Shown here: positions 10,788 to 21,558 of the stretch, piece after piece
Layout of the letters: every line of letters begins with the position of its first letter
Numbering within the stretch: position 1 is the first letter of the stretch
DNA from: Gammaproteobacteria bacterium
Lineage (GTDB): Bacteria > Pseudomonadota > Gammaproteobacteria > Arenicellales > Poriferihabitantaceae
Assembly (NCBI GenBank): GCA_026709505.1
Contig: JAPOSW010000120.1
Coordinates: 1,680 to 65,679 of the forward strand
Length of the DNA: 64,000 bases
Direction: 5' to 3'
Made by a program: the position numbers and the translations under genes
Notes under the pieces: model-generated
Seen by the model: only the letters and a program-made list of their open reading frames with translations
Told to the model about the DNA's origin: nothing
Databases searched by the model: none

Positions 10788-11563
10788 GTCGCATCACGCC
10801 TCGAAAGCGATTTGGCCAGCACTTTCTGACCGACCAGGTCGTACTCGAATCAATCATCAGGGCCTTTTCGCCCAAACGGGATGACCGAGTACTTGAAATC
10901 GGACCTGGGACTGGAATCCTGACCGAGGTCTTGCTGGATCACCTGGATTATCTGGTTGCAATTGAAATTGACCGAGATATGGTGAAGCACCTGAATCAAC
11001 GGTTCTCAAAAGACTCGCTCTCGATCCTTCAACAGAATGTTCTGGACACCAATATTCGATCGCTCGATGTTCCTGGAAAAAGCCCCAGCCTCCGGATTAT
11101 CGGCAACCTTCCATACAATATATCTACACCCTTGCTGTTTCACATTTTCGACAGCCTCGATATTGTCCAGGACATGCTGTTCATGGTCCAGAAGGAAATT
11201 GCTCTCAGACTTATCGCTCAGGCCGGTGATCGGAACTATGGCAGACTCTCGGTAATGGCCGGCTTGCATGTCGATACAGAACTTCTGTTTGATGTTCAAC
11301 CAGAGAGCTTTTCTCCACCCCCGAAAGTCACCTCATCCATGATACATATGCAGCCCAAATATCCTGCCATCAAGCCAAAGAACCGGAAAAGACTGGCAAT
11401 ATTAGTCAAAGCTGCGTTTTCGAATCGCCGAAAAACCTTGCGCAATGCACTGTCGAGAATGGTTGCCCCCGAGCAATACAAGCGACTCGGAATTGATGAT
11501 TCATTGCGTCCCGAGAACCTCGAACCCCACGATTACTTGCGACTATCGGAGATCAGGGACTAG
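10784..11563 (+). CDS. rsmA: 16S rRNA (adenine1518/1519-N6)-dimethyltransferase
   Basis: RKRFGQHFL, SAM motif LEIGPGTGILT, NLPYNISTP. The start is uncertain. TTG at 10784 overlaps the pdxA stop as TTGA and gives a normal-length N-terminus. The track ORF uses GTG at 10730. Confidence 0.85.
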   Translation: MSRITPRKRFGQHFLTDQVVLESIIRAFSPKRDDRVLEIGPGTGILTEVLLDHLDYLVAIEIDRDMVKHLNQRFSKDSLSILQQNVLDTNIRSLDVPGKSPSLRIIGNLPYNISTPLLFHIFDSLDIVQDMLFMVQKEIALRLIAQAGDRNYGRLSVMAGLHVDTELLFDVQPESFSPPPKVTSSMIHMQPKYPAIKPKNRKRLAILVKAAFSNRRKTLRNALSRMVAPEQYKRLGIDDSLRPENLEPHDYLRLSEIRD

Positions 11564-12288
11564 TCTCTCACAACAGGCAATCGGGAGAGATTCTCAAGGA
11601 TTGCGGTCTCGATTTCCGCATTCAACTCTCTGGTTTTCTTTCCATTGGTGCAAATGGGCTGACCGATGACGAGATCGATTGTTCCGGAATGCTTGAGCAA
11701 GCTGTTTTTTGGCCAGAACACGCCAGCATTGTGCGCTACCGGCACAACCGGCGCTCCTGTCCTTGCCGCAATCAAGGCCCCGCCAATCTGAAATTTTCCT
11801 GGCCGCCCCGGAGGCTGGCGGGTACCCTCTGGAAAGATGACCAGCCACCTTCCCTCCTTGAGACGACTGGTTCCCTGTTTGACCAGACTGTCCAGTGCCC
11901 GCATTTTTTGCTCGCGGTCTATAGCTACGGGGCGGGTCATTACAAGCCCCCAGCCCAGAAACGGTATTTTTAGCAGGCTTTTTTTGAGTAGATACGATTG
12001 GGTCGGGAAGATTAACTGGAAAGCCAGGGTTTCCCAGGCTGACTGATGATTGGAAATGATAATTGAGGGTTGATTCGGAATATTTTCCCTTCCCTGAATA
12101 CTGACTGTAATGCCGTAAATTACTGACAGAGTCCAGATGTTGAATCGTGCCCACTGAAGAATGATTCGATCCTTCAGGTTTGACGAGATACAGGAACCAA
12201 TGACTGCCAGCAGGAAAATGATGACAGCGCTCACGACCTGGCCAATTAGGTACACCAATGCACAAATGTACTGCATAGCACAATCCAA
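11560..12288 (-). CDS. plsC: 1-acyl-sn-glycerol-3-phosphate acyltransferase
   Basis: N-terminal TM segment, acyltransferase boxes NHQSAWET and VIFPEGTR. Confidence 0.85.
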   Translation of the reverse strand: MDCAMQYICALVYLIGQVVSAVIIFLLAVIGSCISSNLKDRIILQWARFNIWTLSVIYGITVSIQGRENIPNQPSIIISNHQSAWETLAFQLIFPTQSYLLKKSLLKIPFLGWGLVMTRPVAIDREQKMRALDSLVKQGTSRLKEGRWLVIFPEGTRQPPGRPGKFQIGGALIAARTGAPVVPVAHNAGVFWPKNSLLKHSGTIDLVIGQPICTNGKKTRELNAEIETAILENLSRLPVVRD

Positions 12289-12292
12289 CCGG

Positions 12293-12859
12293 TCAATGCG
12301 GTTGATGCAACAGCTCGGTCACAAACGATTCCAGATCAGGATAAACCGGGGTGCTTGCCAAATCCTGATGCTGGCCTGAGCGAATTTGCTCATAGGTACG
12401 CTCCCCCTTGCCGGTTCTTACCAGAATCGGCCTGGCTGAAGCCGCCCTTGCAGCCTGTAAATCCCTGAGGGAATCTCCCACTGCATGGACCTCCCGCAAA
12501 TCAACGTTTAACCGTTCAGCGAGTTTGAAGAACAGGCCCGGTGCTGGTTTGCGGCAGCTGCAATTCTCTTTCCTGCTGTGAGGACAGAAAAAAATCGCAC
12601 TGATCTCACCCCCGAACCGGGACAGTTCACTGAACATTTTCTGGTGGATTTTGTTCAGCATGTTGATCGACAGCAATCCCTGGGAAATGCCGGATTGGTT
12701 GGTAATGATCACGACAATGTATTTTTCGCGACCGAGTCTTGCAATGGCCTCAAGACTGCCGGGTATTGCCGTCCACTCTTCCGGGGATTTGATAAATGAA
12801 TCCGAATCCTGGTTGATCACGCCATCTCGATCAAGAATGACTAGCTTGAATTTATTCAT
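12293..12859 (-). CDS. gmhB: D-glycero-beta-D-manno-heptose-1,7-bisphosphate 7-phosphatase
   Basis: HAD motif LVILDRDGVIN, the Cys-rich insert CPHSRKENCSCRKP, and GDSLRD. Confidence 0.85.
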   Translation of the reverse strand: MNKFKLVILDRDGVINQDSDSFIKSPEEWTAIPGSLEAIARLGREKYIVVIITNQSGISQGLLSINMLNKIHQKMFSELSRFGGEISAIFFCPHSRKENCSCRKPAPGLFFKLAERLNVDLREVHAVGDSLRDLQAARAASARPILVRTGKGERTYEQIRSGQHQDLASTPVYPDLESFVTELLHQPH

Positions 12860-13193
12860 GCGATTTTTCGAAATGAGACACTCGAATTCTCCCCTTTATC
12901 ATTTTGGATGATCGCCCGGACAGTTTCTCCATTTTCTGCCAGAATGCCTCATTGAGATCGAATTTGGCTGCAATGGCACTGCCAAGCAGCAGTATCAGCA
13001 AGTCTGCGCATTCTTCCGATAGCTGGTCGATACCCTTGCCCTTGCTGACACAGGCGGATATCTCGCCGAGTTCTTCGGCCATCAAGGCAACCCGATACAC
13101 CATGTCTTCACCGACATACTTTTCAAATTCATGCTTGTCATGAAATGCCTGAACCGCTTGAAGCATCTCGGCGAAGGAGTCAGCATTCGTCAT
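12852..13193 (-). CDS. MazG-like nucleotide pyrophosphohydrolase family protein (small, all-alpha)
   Basis: MAEELGEIS ... LSEECADLLILLLG, an EExxE...ExxD-type MazG signature. The ATG at 13193 (MTNADSF) is chosen over the upstream track start. The gene overlaps the glyS stop and the gmhB start. Confidence 0.6.
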   Translation of the reverse strand: MTNADSFAEMLQAVQAFHDKHEFEKYVGEDMVYRVALMAEELGEISACVSKGKGIDQLSEECADLLILLLGSAIAAKFDLNEAFWQKMEKLSGRSSKMIKGRIRVSHFEKSHE

Positions 13194-15339
13194 GATTTTC
13201 GATCCTGATCTGGGAGAAATCAACCACATCCAGAAACATTGAGCGAATGGACTGCAGCAGTTTTATTCGATTATTCCGCACTGCTGGATTTTCGGCATTG
13301 ACCAGAACGTTGTCGAAAAACTGATCAATGCGAGTGCATATGCTGAACAGGCTGTGAAATCCTTTTGTGTAGTTTCCCCGTTGCCTGTCTTCAAGCACGC
13401 TGGATTCCATGTCAATCAATGCCTTGACCAATTCCTGTTCGCTCTCATTCTCGATGAGATCCATATCGATACTTGTGGGAGAAAAAGGTTCATTTGGTTC
13501 ATTGCGCAGAATATTGGAGATGCGTTTATTGATGGCAAGGATTGATTCCGCCATTTCTCGCTCTTCACTGACGAGCTTTTGAATCGACTCGATACGATTA
13601 ACAAGATCTAGCGGTCGGGTTGGCTTTCCGGCCATCGCAGCGTTCCAGAGATCAGTTTCATATCCTTGGTTCGACATGAGCTGTCGCGATCTTCCGAAAA
13701 CATACTCCATGAGGTTCTGACTCACTTTCCGTCCAGTATCGATATTATTCCAGCCCTGTTTCCGATACTGCCGCATGCCCCGACTGATCATTTCCTCCAG
13801 ATCCAGATCGATTCGATTTTCAATCAGAATCCGCAAAACGCCTAACGATGCACGGCGCAAGCTAAAGGGATCCCTCTCTCCGCTTGGAATATCGCCGCAT
13901 GCAAAAATTCCACACAGGGTATCGATTCGATCTGCAATCGCGACACTGCTCGCAATGCCGACAGCGGGCAGCTTATCACCCGAGAATCTCGGCAAGTAGT
14001 GGGATTCGACTGCTTCTGCGATACTTGTTTCGATTCCCTGTGCATCAGCATAGTACCGTCCAACTACCCCCTGAAGTTTCGGAAACTCGCCGACCATTTC
14101 CGTTACCAGGTCTGTCTTGCATAGCCGTGATGCCAGTTCGGTAGCAGCTTCATCCAGACCCAGATGACTTGAGATTTTTTTCGCCAGCCTGGCAATGCGT
14201 TGTGATTTGTCAAAAATGGAACCCAGTCTATTATGAAAGACCACTGTCTTTAATCGATCGAATCGATCCACCAGCGGTATCTTCTGGTCCGTGTGCCAGA
14301 AAAACTCGGCATCGGCGAGTCTCGCTCCGAGAACTCGCTCATTGCCTTTGCGCACTCGTTCCGGATCCTGGCTATCCAGATTGGTGACTACAATGAACCG
14401 GGATGCGATCCGGTTACTCTGATCAACCAGTGGGAAGTATTTTTGATGCGCGGTCATGGTTTCGATCAAGACTTCTTCGGGGAGCTTCAGGAAACGCTCA
14501 TCAAAAGAACCCTCCAGAGCAACGGGCCATTCTGTCAAGCCGACTACTTCATCCAATAGCTCCGGGTCGATTAAAGCCTTGAGACTGTTCGCTTCGGCAA
14601 GACGATTTACCTGTTCCTGAATTATCGATTTTCGAGACGAGTAGTCTGCGATCACAAAACCCTTCTGCTGCAGTTCATCAGCATAGCGGTCTGCATCGCC
14701 GATTGAAAAATGCTCCGGCGCATGAAAACGATGGCCACGAGTGATCCGCCCTGTTTTCAGTCCCATGACTTCAAAATCAAGAACTGCATGACCATGCAAG
14801 GCAAGCCCCCAGTGCACTGGACGCACAAATCCATGCTCGCAATCACCCCAGCGCATGCGCTTGGGGATTGGCAATTGACGAATCGCATCATTCAGTATTT
14901 CCGGGATGATGGTCTCGAGGGATTTCCCCGGAATCGCCCGGGTATATGCCAGCCACTGCTTCTTGTCAATTATGAGGGTTTCCAGCTCACTCACGGCAAC
15001 GCCGCAAGAGCGGGCAAAGCCCTCCGCAGCCGGTGTTGGAGATCCATTTTTCCCAAAAGCCGCCGACACTGAAGGCCCTTTCTTGAGCTGTTCCTGATCA
15101 GGCTGAACACTCAGAACCTGTTCAATCTTGACTGCGATTCTTCGAGGACTTGCAAAGGAATGCCAAGGCGAATTACTATCGCTCAGCATGCATGCCTCTC
15201 TTAGAGCATTACCGATAGACCCTGAAAAGGCATCTGACAGGGATTGCAGTGCCTTGGGCGGCAGTTCTTCCGTTCCTATCTCAATGAGAAGGGTATCTGC
15301 CTTGTTTTCCGTTGATGCTGATCTATCCGGCACCGGCAC
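13180..15339 (-). CDS. glyS: Glycine--tRNA ligase beta subunit
   Basis: [16 protein letters not shown]-terminal signature, length ~719 aa, directly downstream of and overlapping glyQ. Confidence 0.95.
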   Translation of the reverse strand: MPVPDRSASTENKADTLLIEIGTEELPPKALQSLSDAFSGSIGNALREACMLSDSNSPWHSFASPRRIAVKIEQVLSVQPDQEQLKKGPSVSAAFGKNGSPTPAAEGFARSCGVAVSELETLIIDKKQWLAYTRAIPGKSLETIIPEILNDAIRQLPIPKRMRWGDCEHGFVRPVHWGLALHGHAVLDFEVMGLKTGRITRGHRFHAPEHFSIGDADRYADELQQKGFVIADYSSRKSIIQEQVNRLAEANSLKALIDPELLDEVVGLTEWPVALEGSFDERFLKLPEEVLIETMTAHQKYFPLVDQSNRIASRFIVVTNLDSQDPERVRKGNERVLGARLADAEFFWHTDQKIPLVDRFDRLKTVVFHNRLGSIFDKSQRIARLAKKISSHLGLDEAATELASRLCKTDLVTEMVGEFPKLQGVVGRYYADAQGIETSIAEAVESHYLPRFSGDKLPAVGIASSVAIADRIDTLCGIFACGDIPSGERDPFSLRRASLGVLRILIENRIDLDLEEMISRGMRQYRKQGWNNIDTGRKVSQNLMEYVFGRSRQLMSNQGYETDLWNAAMAGKPTRPLDLVNRIESIQKLVSEEREMAESILAINKRISNILRNEPNEPFSPTSIDMDLIENESEQELVKALIDMESSVLEDRQRGNYTKGFHSLFSICTRIDQFFDNVLVNAENPAVRNNRIKLLQSIRSMFLDVVDFSQIRIENHDEC

Positions 15340-16249
15340 TGCCCCCCCTTGTTGCGTCCTTGCCTGAAAGGTCGTTCAGCCTCGGAAAACCCATTTTCTC
15401 CCGGCTTGCATAGTATCCTTTGGCTACACCGCGGGCCAAGTCACGAACGCGTGCGATATATCGAGCCCGTTCAGTCACGCCGATCGCCTGTCTGGCATCA
15501 AGCAGGTTGAACGTATGCGAGGCCTTAAGCACCTGTTCATACGCCGGCAATGGCAAATCGCATTCAACAAGATGTTTCGCTGAATTTTCCGCTGATTCAA
15601 ATTGCGCTAACAGCGTATCAATATCCGCATGTTCAAAGTTGTAGGCAGACTGTTCAAGTTCATTCTGCCTGTAGATATCTCCGTAGGTCCAGACCGTCTC
15701 GCCATCGGCCCAGACAAGGTCAAACAGGGAATCAACACCCTGGACATACATCGCGATCCGCTCAAGCCCATACGTGATCTCTCCGGTAACAGGCCGGCAG
15801 TCAAGCCCGCCAGCCTGCTGGAAATAGGTGAACTGCGACACTTCCATGCCATTGAGCCAAACTTCCCATCCCAGCCCCCAGGCTCCCAGTGTGGGCGATT
15901 CCCAGTCATCCTCAACGAAGCGTATATCATCTTTCAGGAAATCGAATCCGAGGTTTTGCAGTGATCCAATATAGAGGTCCTGGAAATCTTCAGGCGAAGG
16001 CTTCATGACTACCTGAAACTGGAAATAGTGCTGTGTCCGGTTGGGGTTCTCGCCATAGCGGCCATCGGCAGGACGTCTTGAGGGCTGGACATAGGCCGCC
16101 CGTATCGGTTCAGGACCGATTGCGGCAAGGAAGGTCGCGGGATGAAAAGTCCCCGCCCCCACTTCCATGTCATAAGGCTGCAAGACCACGCAATCCTGGT
16201 CAGACCAGTACTGCTGCAATGTAAATATCAGTTGCTGGAAAGTGAGCAT
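15323..16249 (-). CDS. glyQ: Glycine--tRNA ligase alpha subunit
   Basis: [37 protein letters not shown] (start chosen at 16249), ...[11 protein letters not shown]. Confidence 0.95.
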   Translation of the reverse strand: MLTFQQLIFTLQQYWSDQDCVVLQPYDMEVGAGTFHPATFLAAIGPEPIRAAYVQPSRRPADGRYGENPNRTQHYFQFQVVMKPSPEDFQDLYIGSLQNLGFDFLKDDIRFVEDDWESPTLGAWGLGWEVWLNGMEVSQFTYFQQAGGLDCRPVTGEITYGLERIAMYVQGVDSLFDLVWADGETVWTYGDIYRQNELEQSAYNFEHADIDTLLAQFESAENSAKHLVECDLPLPAYEQVLKASHTFNLLDARQAIGVTERARYIARVRDLARGVAKGYYASREKMGFPRLNDLSGKDATRGGSAGAG

Positions 16250-16274
16250 TCCCTTTATCTTTCGATTAGCCAAT

Positions 16275-17873
16275 TCAGGTTTTGGCATCACTGCCTGTTG
16301 TTTTGCGATTCAGCAGGAGTTGAGTAAGGCGATCCAGCTCTTGAAAACGATCGCCCCGAATCAACAGCCGGAGAATTGGCCGGCGGCTTTTCTCCAGAAC
16401 CAGAAAATCTCCATCTGACTGAGCCCGATGCAAACGGCTGAATCCATATTTTCGACCAGGTATGTCTATTTCGATTCCACCCTCTTCAACAATCTCCAGA
16501 AAACACCCGATTTGGGGGCCGCCCTTGTGCAGTTGTCCAGTGGAATGAAGATACCTTGGCCCGAACCCGATTGTAACAGCGCCAAATCGAGACTTGAACG
16601 CATCAGCCAGTTTTTCCAGGGATTCTTCAACCCGGACTTCCCTCGGCAAATAAGCAAGTATAGCGAGATAACTGTCCTGTCCGGCTTGTTTGCAAAAATT
16701 CCCTACCCTATTCCTTATGACATCTGGAGTCTGGGTATCGAACCGAATTGTGGAATGACTGAAATCGTGATTTTCCACCATCACCGACCGTGATTGATTA
16801 CCCTCTACGATGTGCCGCGACTGCTTTTTCGAAGCCTCTACGTCCGGCTGATCAAATGCATTGACGTTTAGAAGGCTCGAGACGACCGAAGTTGCCGCCA
16901 TCCACAGCATGAAGATTCCACCCAGGTCATACTCATCCTGCATGGTGATGGTGGCGTGCCCGGGTGCTTGATGCCCCTCGTCCGATGAGTTGAGGCAGCC
17001 CTGCATGCCAATTTTCACGGATCGGTAGTTCCCGGAAGATACCATTCGCTCATTAATCCTGTCCGGCTCAACAGGAAGAATCCCTTTTCCCTGTTTGCCG
17101 GTACTCTCGGCAACGAGCTGCTCGATCCAGGCAAAGAGCGAACCGAGAGGAGAAGGCAAATCAAGCCCCAGAAGGCCATAACCCGAGGTTGAGCATGCGC
17201 TCATGATTTCGATGAGATTTACCAGGTCAGGAGATTGTCCAGATAGATAATCAAGCCATTTTTTTCGTAGCCGACTGCCAAGTCGTACCAGGTCAATCCC
17301 CAATAATGCAGCGGGTAAAAGAGCAAAGTAGCTCAAGGCCGAATATCGGCCAACGATGTCCCTTGGATTAACTGAAAGATGCAGAAATTCCTCGCTTAAA
17401 GCAGTTTTTGCCAGCTGCGTACCCGGATCGGTAATTGCCAGAAACCGCTTATTTGGGGGACCGTCAAGGGTTTTGGCTCTCTCGTGCAGCCATGAATACA
17501 GGGCCAGTGTTTCGATAGTCGTCCCGGATTTGCTGGAAACGACAAACAGAGTCTTGTCGTTTATCTCGAGTTGATTCAATGTTTCCGGAGAAGTCGTGTC
17601 CACTACTACCAACTCTGGAAAGTTTCTCTTCCTGCCAAACACGGAATAAAGTACTTCGACAGACAGGCTTGAGCCCCCCATTCCCATAAGCAGTATTTGC
17701 TTGACCTGGCGATCCATTACCAGCAAAGAGGCCCATTGCATGAGATCACTGCCATGCTGTTCGATGAAATCGACAGAATCAAGCCAGCCAAGTGGCGGGC
17801 TGTGCTCGCCTGGCCAAAGGGATTGATCACGGGCAACGAGCCGCTCAATTAGTGCTTCGGGAGTTTCATGCAT
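16275..17873 (-). CDS. pgi: Glucose-6-phosphate isomerase (SIS-domain PGI family)
   Basis: [10 protein letters not shown] and [18 protein letters not shown] motifs; ~530 aa. Confidence 0.75.
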   Translation of the reverse strand: MHETPEALIERLVARDQSLWPGEHSPPLGWLDSVDFIEQHGSDLMQWASLLVMDRQVKQILLMGMGGSSLSVEVLYSVFGRKRNFPELVVVDTTSPETLNQLEINDKTLFVVSSKSGTTIETLALYSWLHERAKTLDGPPNKRFLAITDPGTQLAKTALSEEFLHLSVNPRDIVGRYSALSYFALLPAALLGIDLVRLGSRLRKKWLDYLSGQSPDLVNLIEIMSACSTSGYGLLGLDLPSPLGSLFAWIEQLVAESTGKQGKGILPVEPDRINERMVSSGNYRSVKIGMQGCLNSSDEGHQAPGHATITMQDEYDLGGIFMLWMAATSVVSSLLNVNAFDQPDVEASKKQSRHIVEGNQSRSVMVENHDFSHSTIRFDTQTPDVIRNRVGNFCKQAGQDSYLAILAYLPREVRVEESLEKLADAFKSRFGAVTIGFGPRYLHSTGQLHKGGPQIGCFLEIVEEGGIEIDIPGRKYGFSRLHRAQSDGDFLVLEKSRRPILRLLIRGDRFQELDRLTQLLLNRKTTGSDAKT

Positions 17874-18087
17874 GGCAGTTAAAGGAAAATTGGCTTGCTG
17901 GATTCATCAGACAGTGCCAAGGCTTCAGACATCGCGCAGTCGTAAACAATAATCATACGCAAATTCCTATACAATGAGCAACGTCGCATCATACACCGAT
18001 CATCCCAAACCCTCAAATTTCCAGCTTGATAAATCACTATAAATTTGTGATATAACTATTTAACCTTAAAAAATAATCACTCATATC

Positions 18088-19116
18088 ATGAAGACTGTAT
18101 ATGCCGAAGACCACAAGCTCAGAAATTCAAAAACCGAGCTATATGGAGGCCAACTGGTCTCCCCGTTCGAGTCACCAGAGCGCATGGAATATGTGTTGAA
18201 ACAAATCCATGAAACCGGACTGGGAGAAATCATCAAGCCTCGTGAATTCTCGATGAACCCGATTCTACGCATTCATGACTCCAGGTTTGTTGATTTTCTT
18301 GAGACTTGCTGGGAAAAATGGAAGAGCGTGGGTTATGAAGGAGAGGCAATTCCTACAATTCAGCCAGTGCGAGGGATGCGGCAATGCATTCCTGAACACG
18401 TCGAGGGACAGCTGGGCTACTTTTCCCTGTCGATCGAAACATCCATCAGCGAGGGAACATAGGAAGCCGTTCTGGCGAGTGCCAGGGTTGCCCTCACTGC
18501 CCAAGACCTGATGAAGGAAGGTCATAATGCAGCTTTTGCATTGTGCCGCCCGCCTGGACATCATGCTGCCGCCGACATGTTTGGTGGGTATTGTTTTTTC
18601 AACAATGCAGCAGTTTGTGCCCAGGCCTTCTTGGATCAGGGCGCACGGAGGGCAGCCATTCTGGATGTGGACTTTCATCATGGCAATGGTACTCAATCAA
18701 TCTTCTATGACCGGAAGGATGTCATGTATCTCTCGCTGCATGGAGATCCGGAACACGCTTTCCCGCACTTTCTTGGCTATGCCGATGAATCGGGGATTGA
18801 TCTGGGCGATGGATTTAACCACAACTACCCAATGCCGCCAGATACTACCTATTCGAAATGGTTCAAAGCACTCGAAGACGCATGTTCGAAAATCAAGGCC
18901 TATGCCCCGGATGCTCTGGTTGTATCGCTCGGCGTGGACACCTTTGAAGAAGATCCCATTTCCTTTTTCAAGTTGAAGAGTGATGATTTCAGGCATTATG
19001 GCCGCTATCTGGGCAAGCTTGCCTTGCCCACACTCTTCATCATGGAGGGCGGTTACGCGATAGAGAAAATCGGCATAAATACCGTCAATGTACTCATGGG
19101 ATTTGAAGAATCCTGA
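18088..19116 (+). pseudogene. Histone deacetylase-family amidohydrolase (acetylpolyamine/acetoin-utilisation type) with a single in-frame TAG
   Basis: ORFs 18088..18462 and 18511..19116 are in the same frame. The sequence reads ...SISEGT-TAG(18460..18462)-EAVLASARVAL...CRPPGHHA...DVDFHHGNGTQ...EGGY. The stop sits where this family normally has Trp (G-T-W-E-A), so TGG>TAG. Confidence 0.75.
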
Positions 19117-19126
19117 CGAAGTTCGA

Positions 19127-19818
19127 CATGTATTATCGCCTGCTCAAGAGCGCGGTTTTACTAAGCTTGGGTGGCTGAATTCCAGACATGGCTTTTCCTA
19201 CGGCCATTACGGTGACCCGGAATTTATGGGATTCGGGACTTTGCGGGCGATCAATGAGGATCGGGGAGAACCCCGAACCGTTTCTGATGCCCATGGTCAT
19301 CGGGGCATGGAAATCATTTCCTATGTCACGGAAGATGCGCATGAGCATCGAGATTCACTCGGTAATGATTCGAAGATTCTGCCGGGAGAAGTACAGATCA
19401 TGACGGCAGGTACTGGAATCCGACAAAGCGAGTTCAATCCGTCCAATGACATTGCCCGTGCATTTTCTGCAAAGCTGAACCGCTCCGGAACAAAGTGGTC
19501 TTGATCTCGGATACAGGCAAAAGGGCTTTCCAGTCGAAGAAAGACGCAACCCACTATGCCTGGTTGCTTCTCATGATGAGGACCCCTGAAAATTAACCAG
19601 GGTGCTTATCTCCATTTGTCGGAGCCATCGTCTGGGCAGAATAACGAATTTGCGGCAAGGGACAACGCCGGATATGGATACAGGCCACTCGAAGTTCCTT
19701 GACTGTCAACAGCCTACAGCTTGAGGCTGGAGACGGAGTCGGCATCATTGGCAGACAAACGCTGTCGATTTCTACTGCCGCAAGCTCCGAGTTTCTGCTG
19801 TTTGACCTTGCGGAATGA
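19127..19818 (+). pseudogene. Pirin/YhhW-like cupin, heavily decayed (several frameshifts plus an in-frame TGA)
   Basis: ERGFTKLGWLNSRHGFSYGHYGDPEFMGFGTLRAINED...MTAGTGIRQSEFNPS in one frame. Then PVHFLQS-TGA(19476..19478)-TAPEQSGLDLGYRQKGFPVEERRNPLCLVASHDED in a second frame. Then GPLKINQGAYLHL and ...LQLEAGDGVGIIGRQTLSISTAASSEFLLFDLAE (stop 19816..19818) in two further frames. No clear start codon. Confidence 0.7.
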
Positions 19819-19842
19819 GCACACGGCTTTCGTCCCGAACAA

Positions 19843-21510
19843 TCAGAACAGACCTTCCACTTCGCCCTGTTTATTTATACGAATGCGGTTTGCTGCCGGC
19901 ACTCTCGGCAGCCCGGGCATCGTCATAATATCGCCGCAGACGACAACAACAAAACCAGCTCCTGCTGACAACCGAACCTCGCGAATCTCCAGGGTATGCC
20001 CCACTGGCGCACCTTTCCTTGCCGGGTCCGTGGAAAAACTGTACTGCGTCTTTGCAATACAAACGGGCAGATCTCCATAGCCGCTGTTTTGAAAGTCATC
20101 GATCTGGTTGCGCGTTCGCGCATCGGCAACTATTCCATCTGCATGATAAATTCTTGTTGCAACTGCTTCAATCTTTTCCCAAATCGGCATTCCATCTGGA
20201 TATGTCATCGTAAAGTTGGCATCCTCCGTATCAATTAGCTCGACTACTGCCTCCGCCAAATCAGTTGCACCCTTTCCTCCTTCAGCCCAGTGATTCGCCA
20301 TAACTGCCTTGATGCCATACCCTGAACAGACTTCCTTGACCGTAGATATCTCGGCATCGGTATCTGCTTCGAAGCGGTTAATGGCAACGACTAGGGGCAG
20401 GCCGAAGCGACGGATATTTTCAATATGACGAGCGAGATTGCCGCATCCATTCCGAACCGCTTCGGCATTTTCGTTAGACAGGTCTTTCTTGTCGATGCCG
20501 GCATGCATCTTGAGTGCACGGATTGTCGCGACAAGCACCACGGCGTCTGGAGAAATGCCGCTTTGACGGCATTTGATATCGAGGAATTTTTCTGCGCCCA
20601 GATCAGCGCCAAACCCGGCTTCAGTCACCACGTAATCCGCCATCTTCATAGCTGCCCGCGTCGCAATCAGCGAATTGCAGCCATGGGCAATATTGGCAAA
20701 CGGACCCCCATGAACGAATGCAGGGTTATGTTCCAGAGTCTGTACCAAGTTTGGGGCAAGTGCATCTCGGAGCAGCACGGTCATGGGTCCGGGCGCATTC
20801 ACTGCATCTGCTGTCACCGGTTTTCGATCACGGGTGTAGCCGATGACAATTCTAGACAACCTCTGTTCCAGATCCTGAATGCCATTGGCCAGACAGAATA
20901 TTGCCATCACCTCCGACGCAACCGTGATATCAAATCCGTCTTCTCTCGGAAATCCATTCTTTACCCCGCCCAGTGAGCTCGTAATCTGACGCAAGGCGCG
21001 GTCATTCATGTCCACGACCCGTCGCCAGCTTATTCGACGTACATCAATGCCGACATCGTTGCCCCAGTAAATATGGTTGTCCATGAGTGCAGACAGCAGA
21101 CTGTGTGCCGAAGTGATCGCGTGAAAATCTCCAGTGAAGTGAAGATTGATGTCTTCCATGGGAATCACCTGTGCATACCCACCGCCAGCAGCTCCGCCCT
21201 TCATTCCGAAACAGGGTCCCAGCGAAGGTTCACGCAAGCACACCATCGACTTCTTACCGATCTGATTGAGTCCATCAGTCAGGCCAACGGATGTGGTGGT
21301 TTTGCCCTCCCCCGCAGGAGTCGGGGTAATCGCCGTGACCAAAATCAGCTTGCCATCCGGTTTGGAGGATAGGGACTGGATATGGTTGAGATCGACCTTG
21401 GCCTTAGTATTCCCATATGGCACCAAGGCTTCATGAGGAATGCCAAGACGGTCTGCAATCTCGGTGACTGGCTTGATCGGTGCAGCTCGTGCAATATCAA
21501 TATCGCTCAT
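19843..21510 (-). CDS. fhs: Formate--tetrahydrofolate ligase
   Basis: [15 protein letters not shown]..., [21 protein letters not shown]-loop, 555 aa. Confidence 0.95.
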   Translation of the reverse strand: MSDIDIARAAPIKPVTEIADRLGIPHEALVPYGNTKAKVDLNHIQSLSSKPDGKLILVTAITPTPAGEGKTTTSVGLTDGLNQIGKKSMVCLREPSLGPCFGMKGGAAGGGYAQVIPMEDINLHFTGDFHAITSAHSLLSALMDNHIYWGNDVGIDVRRISWRRVVDMNDRALRQITSSLGGVKNGFPREDGFDITVASEVMAIFCLANGIQDLEQRLSRIVIGYTRDRKPVTADAVNAPGPMTVLLRDALAPNLVQTLEHNPAFVHGGPFANIAHGCNSLIATRAAMKMADYVVTEAGFGADLGAEKFLDIKCRQSGISPDAVVLVATIRALKMHAGIDKKDLSNENAEAVRNGCGNLARHIENIRRFGLPLVVAINRFEADTDAEISTVKEVCSGYGIKAVMANHWAEGGKGATDLAEAVVELIDTEDANFTMTYPDGMPIWEKIEAVATRIYHADGIVADARTRNQIDDFQNSGYGDLPVCIAKTQYSFSTDPARKGAPVGHTLEIREVRLSAGAGFVVVVCGDIMTMPGLPRVPAANRIRINKQGEVEGLF

Positions 21511-21558
21511 AAATAATCAATCCGATAGAATTAAAATGTTGAAAGTAAACCCGACTAA

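Noticed and set aside
11594-12283. A 229-aa ORF on the same strand as plsC but in another frame, overlapping almost the whole gene
   Set aside because: The translation is low-complexity (Gly/Ser/Arg/Pro-rich) with no recognisable motif. The 242-aa frame carries both acyltransferase boxes. It is noted as unusually long for an alternative frame, but there is no positive evidence of coding. A codon-periodicity or conservation test would be needed to revive it.
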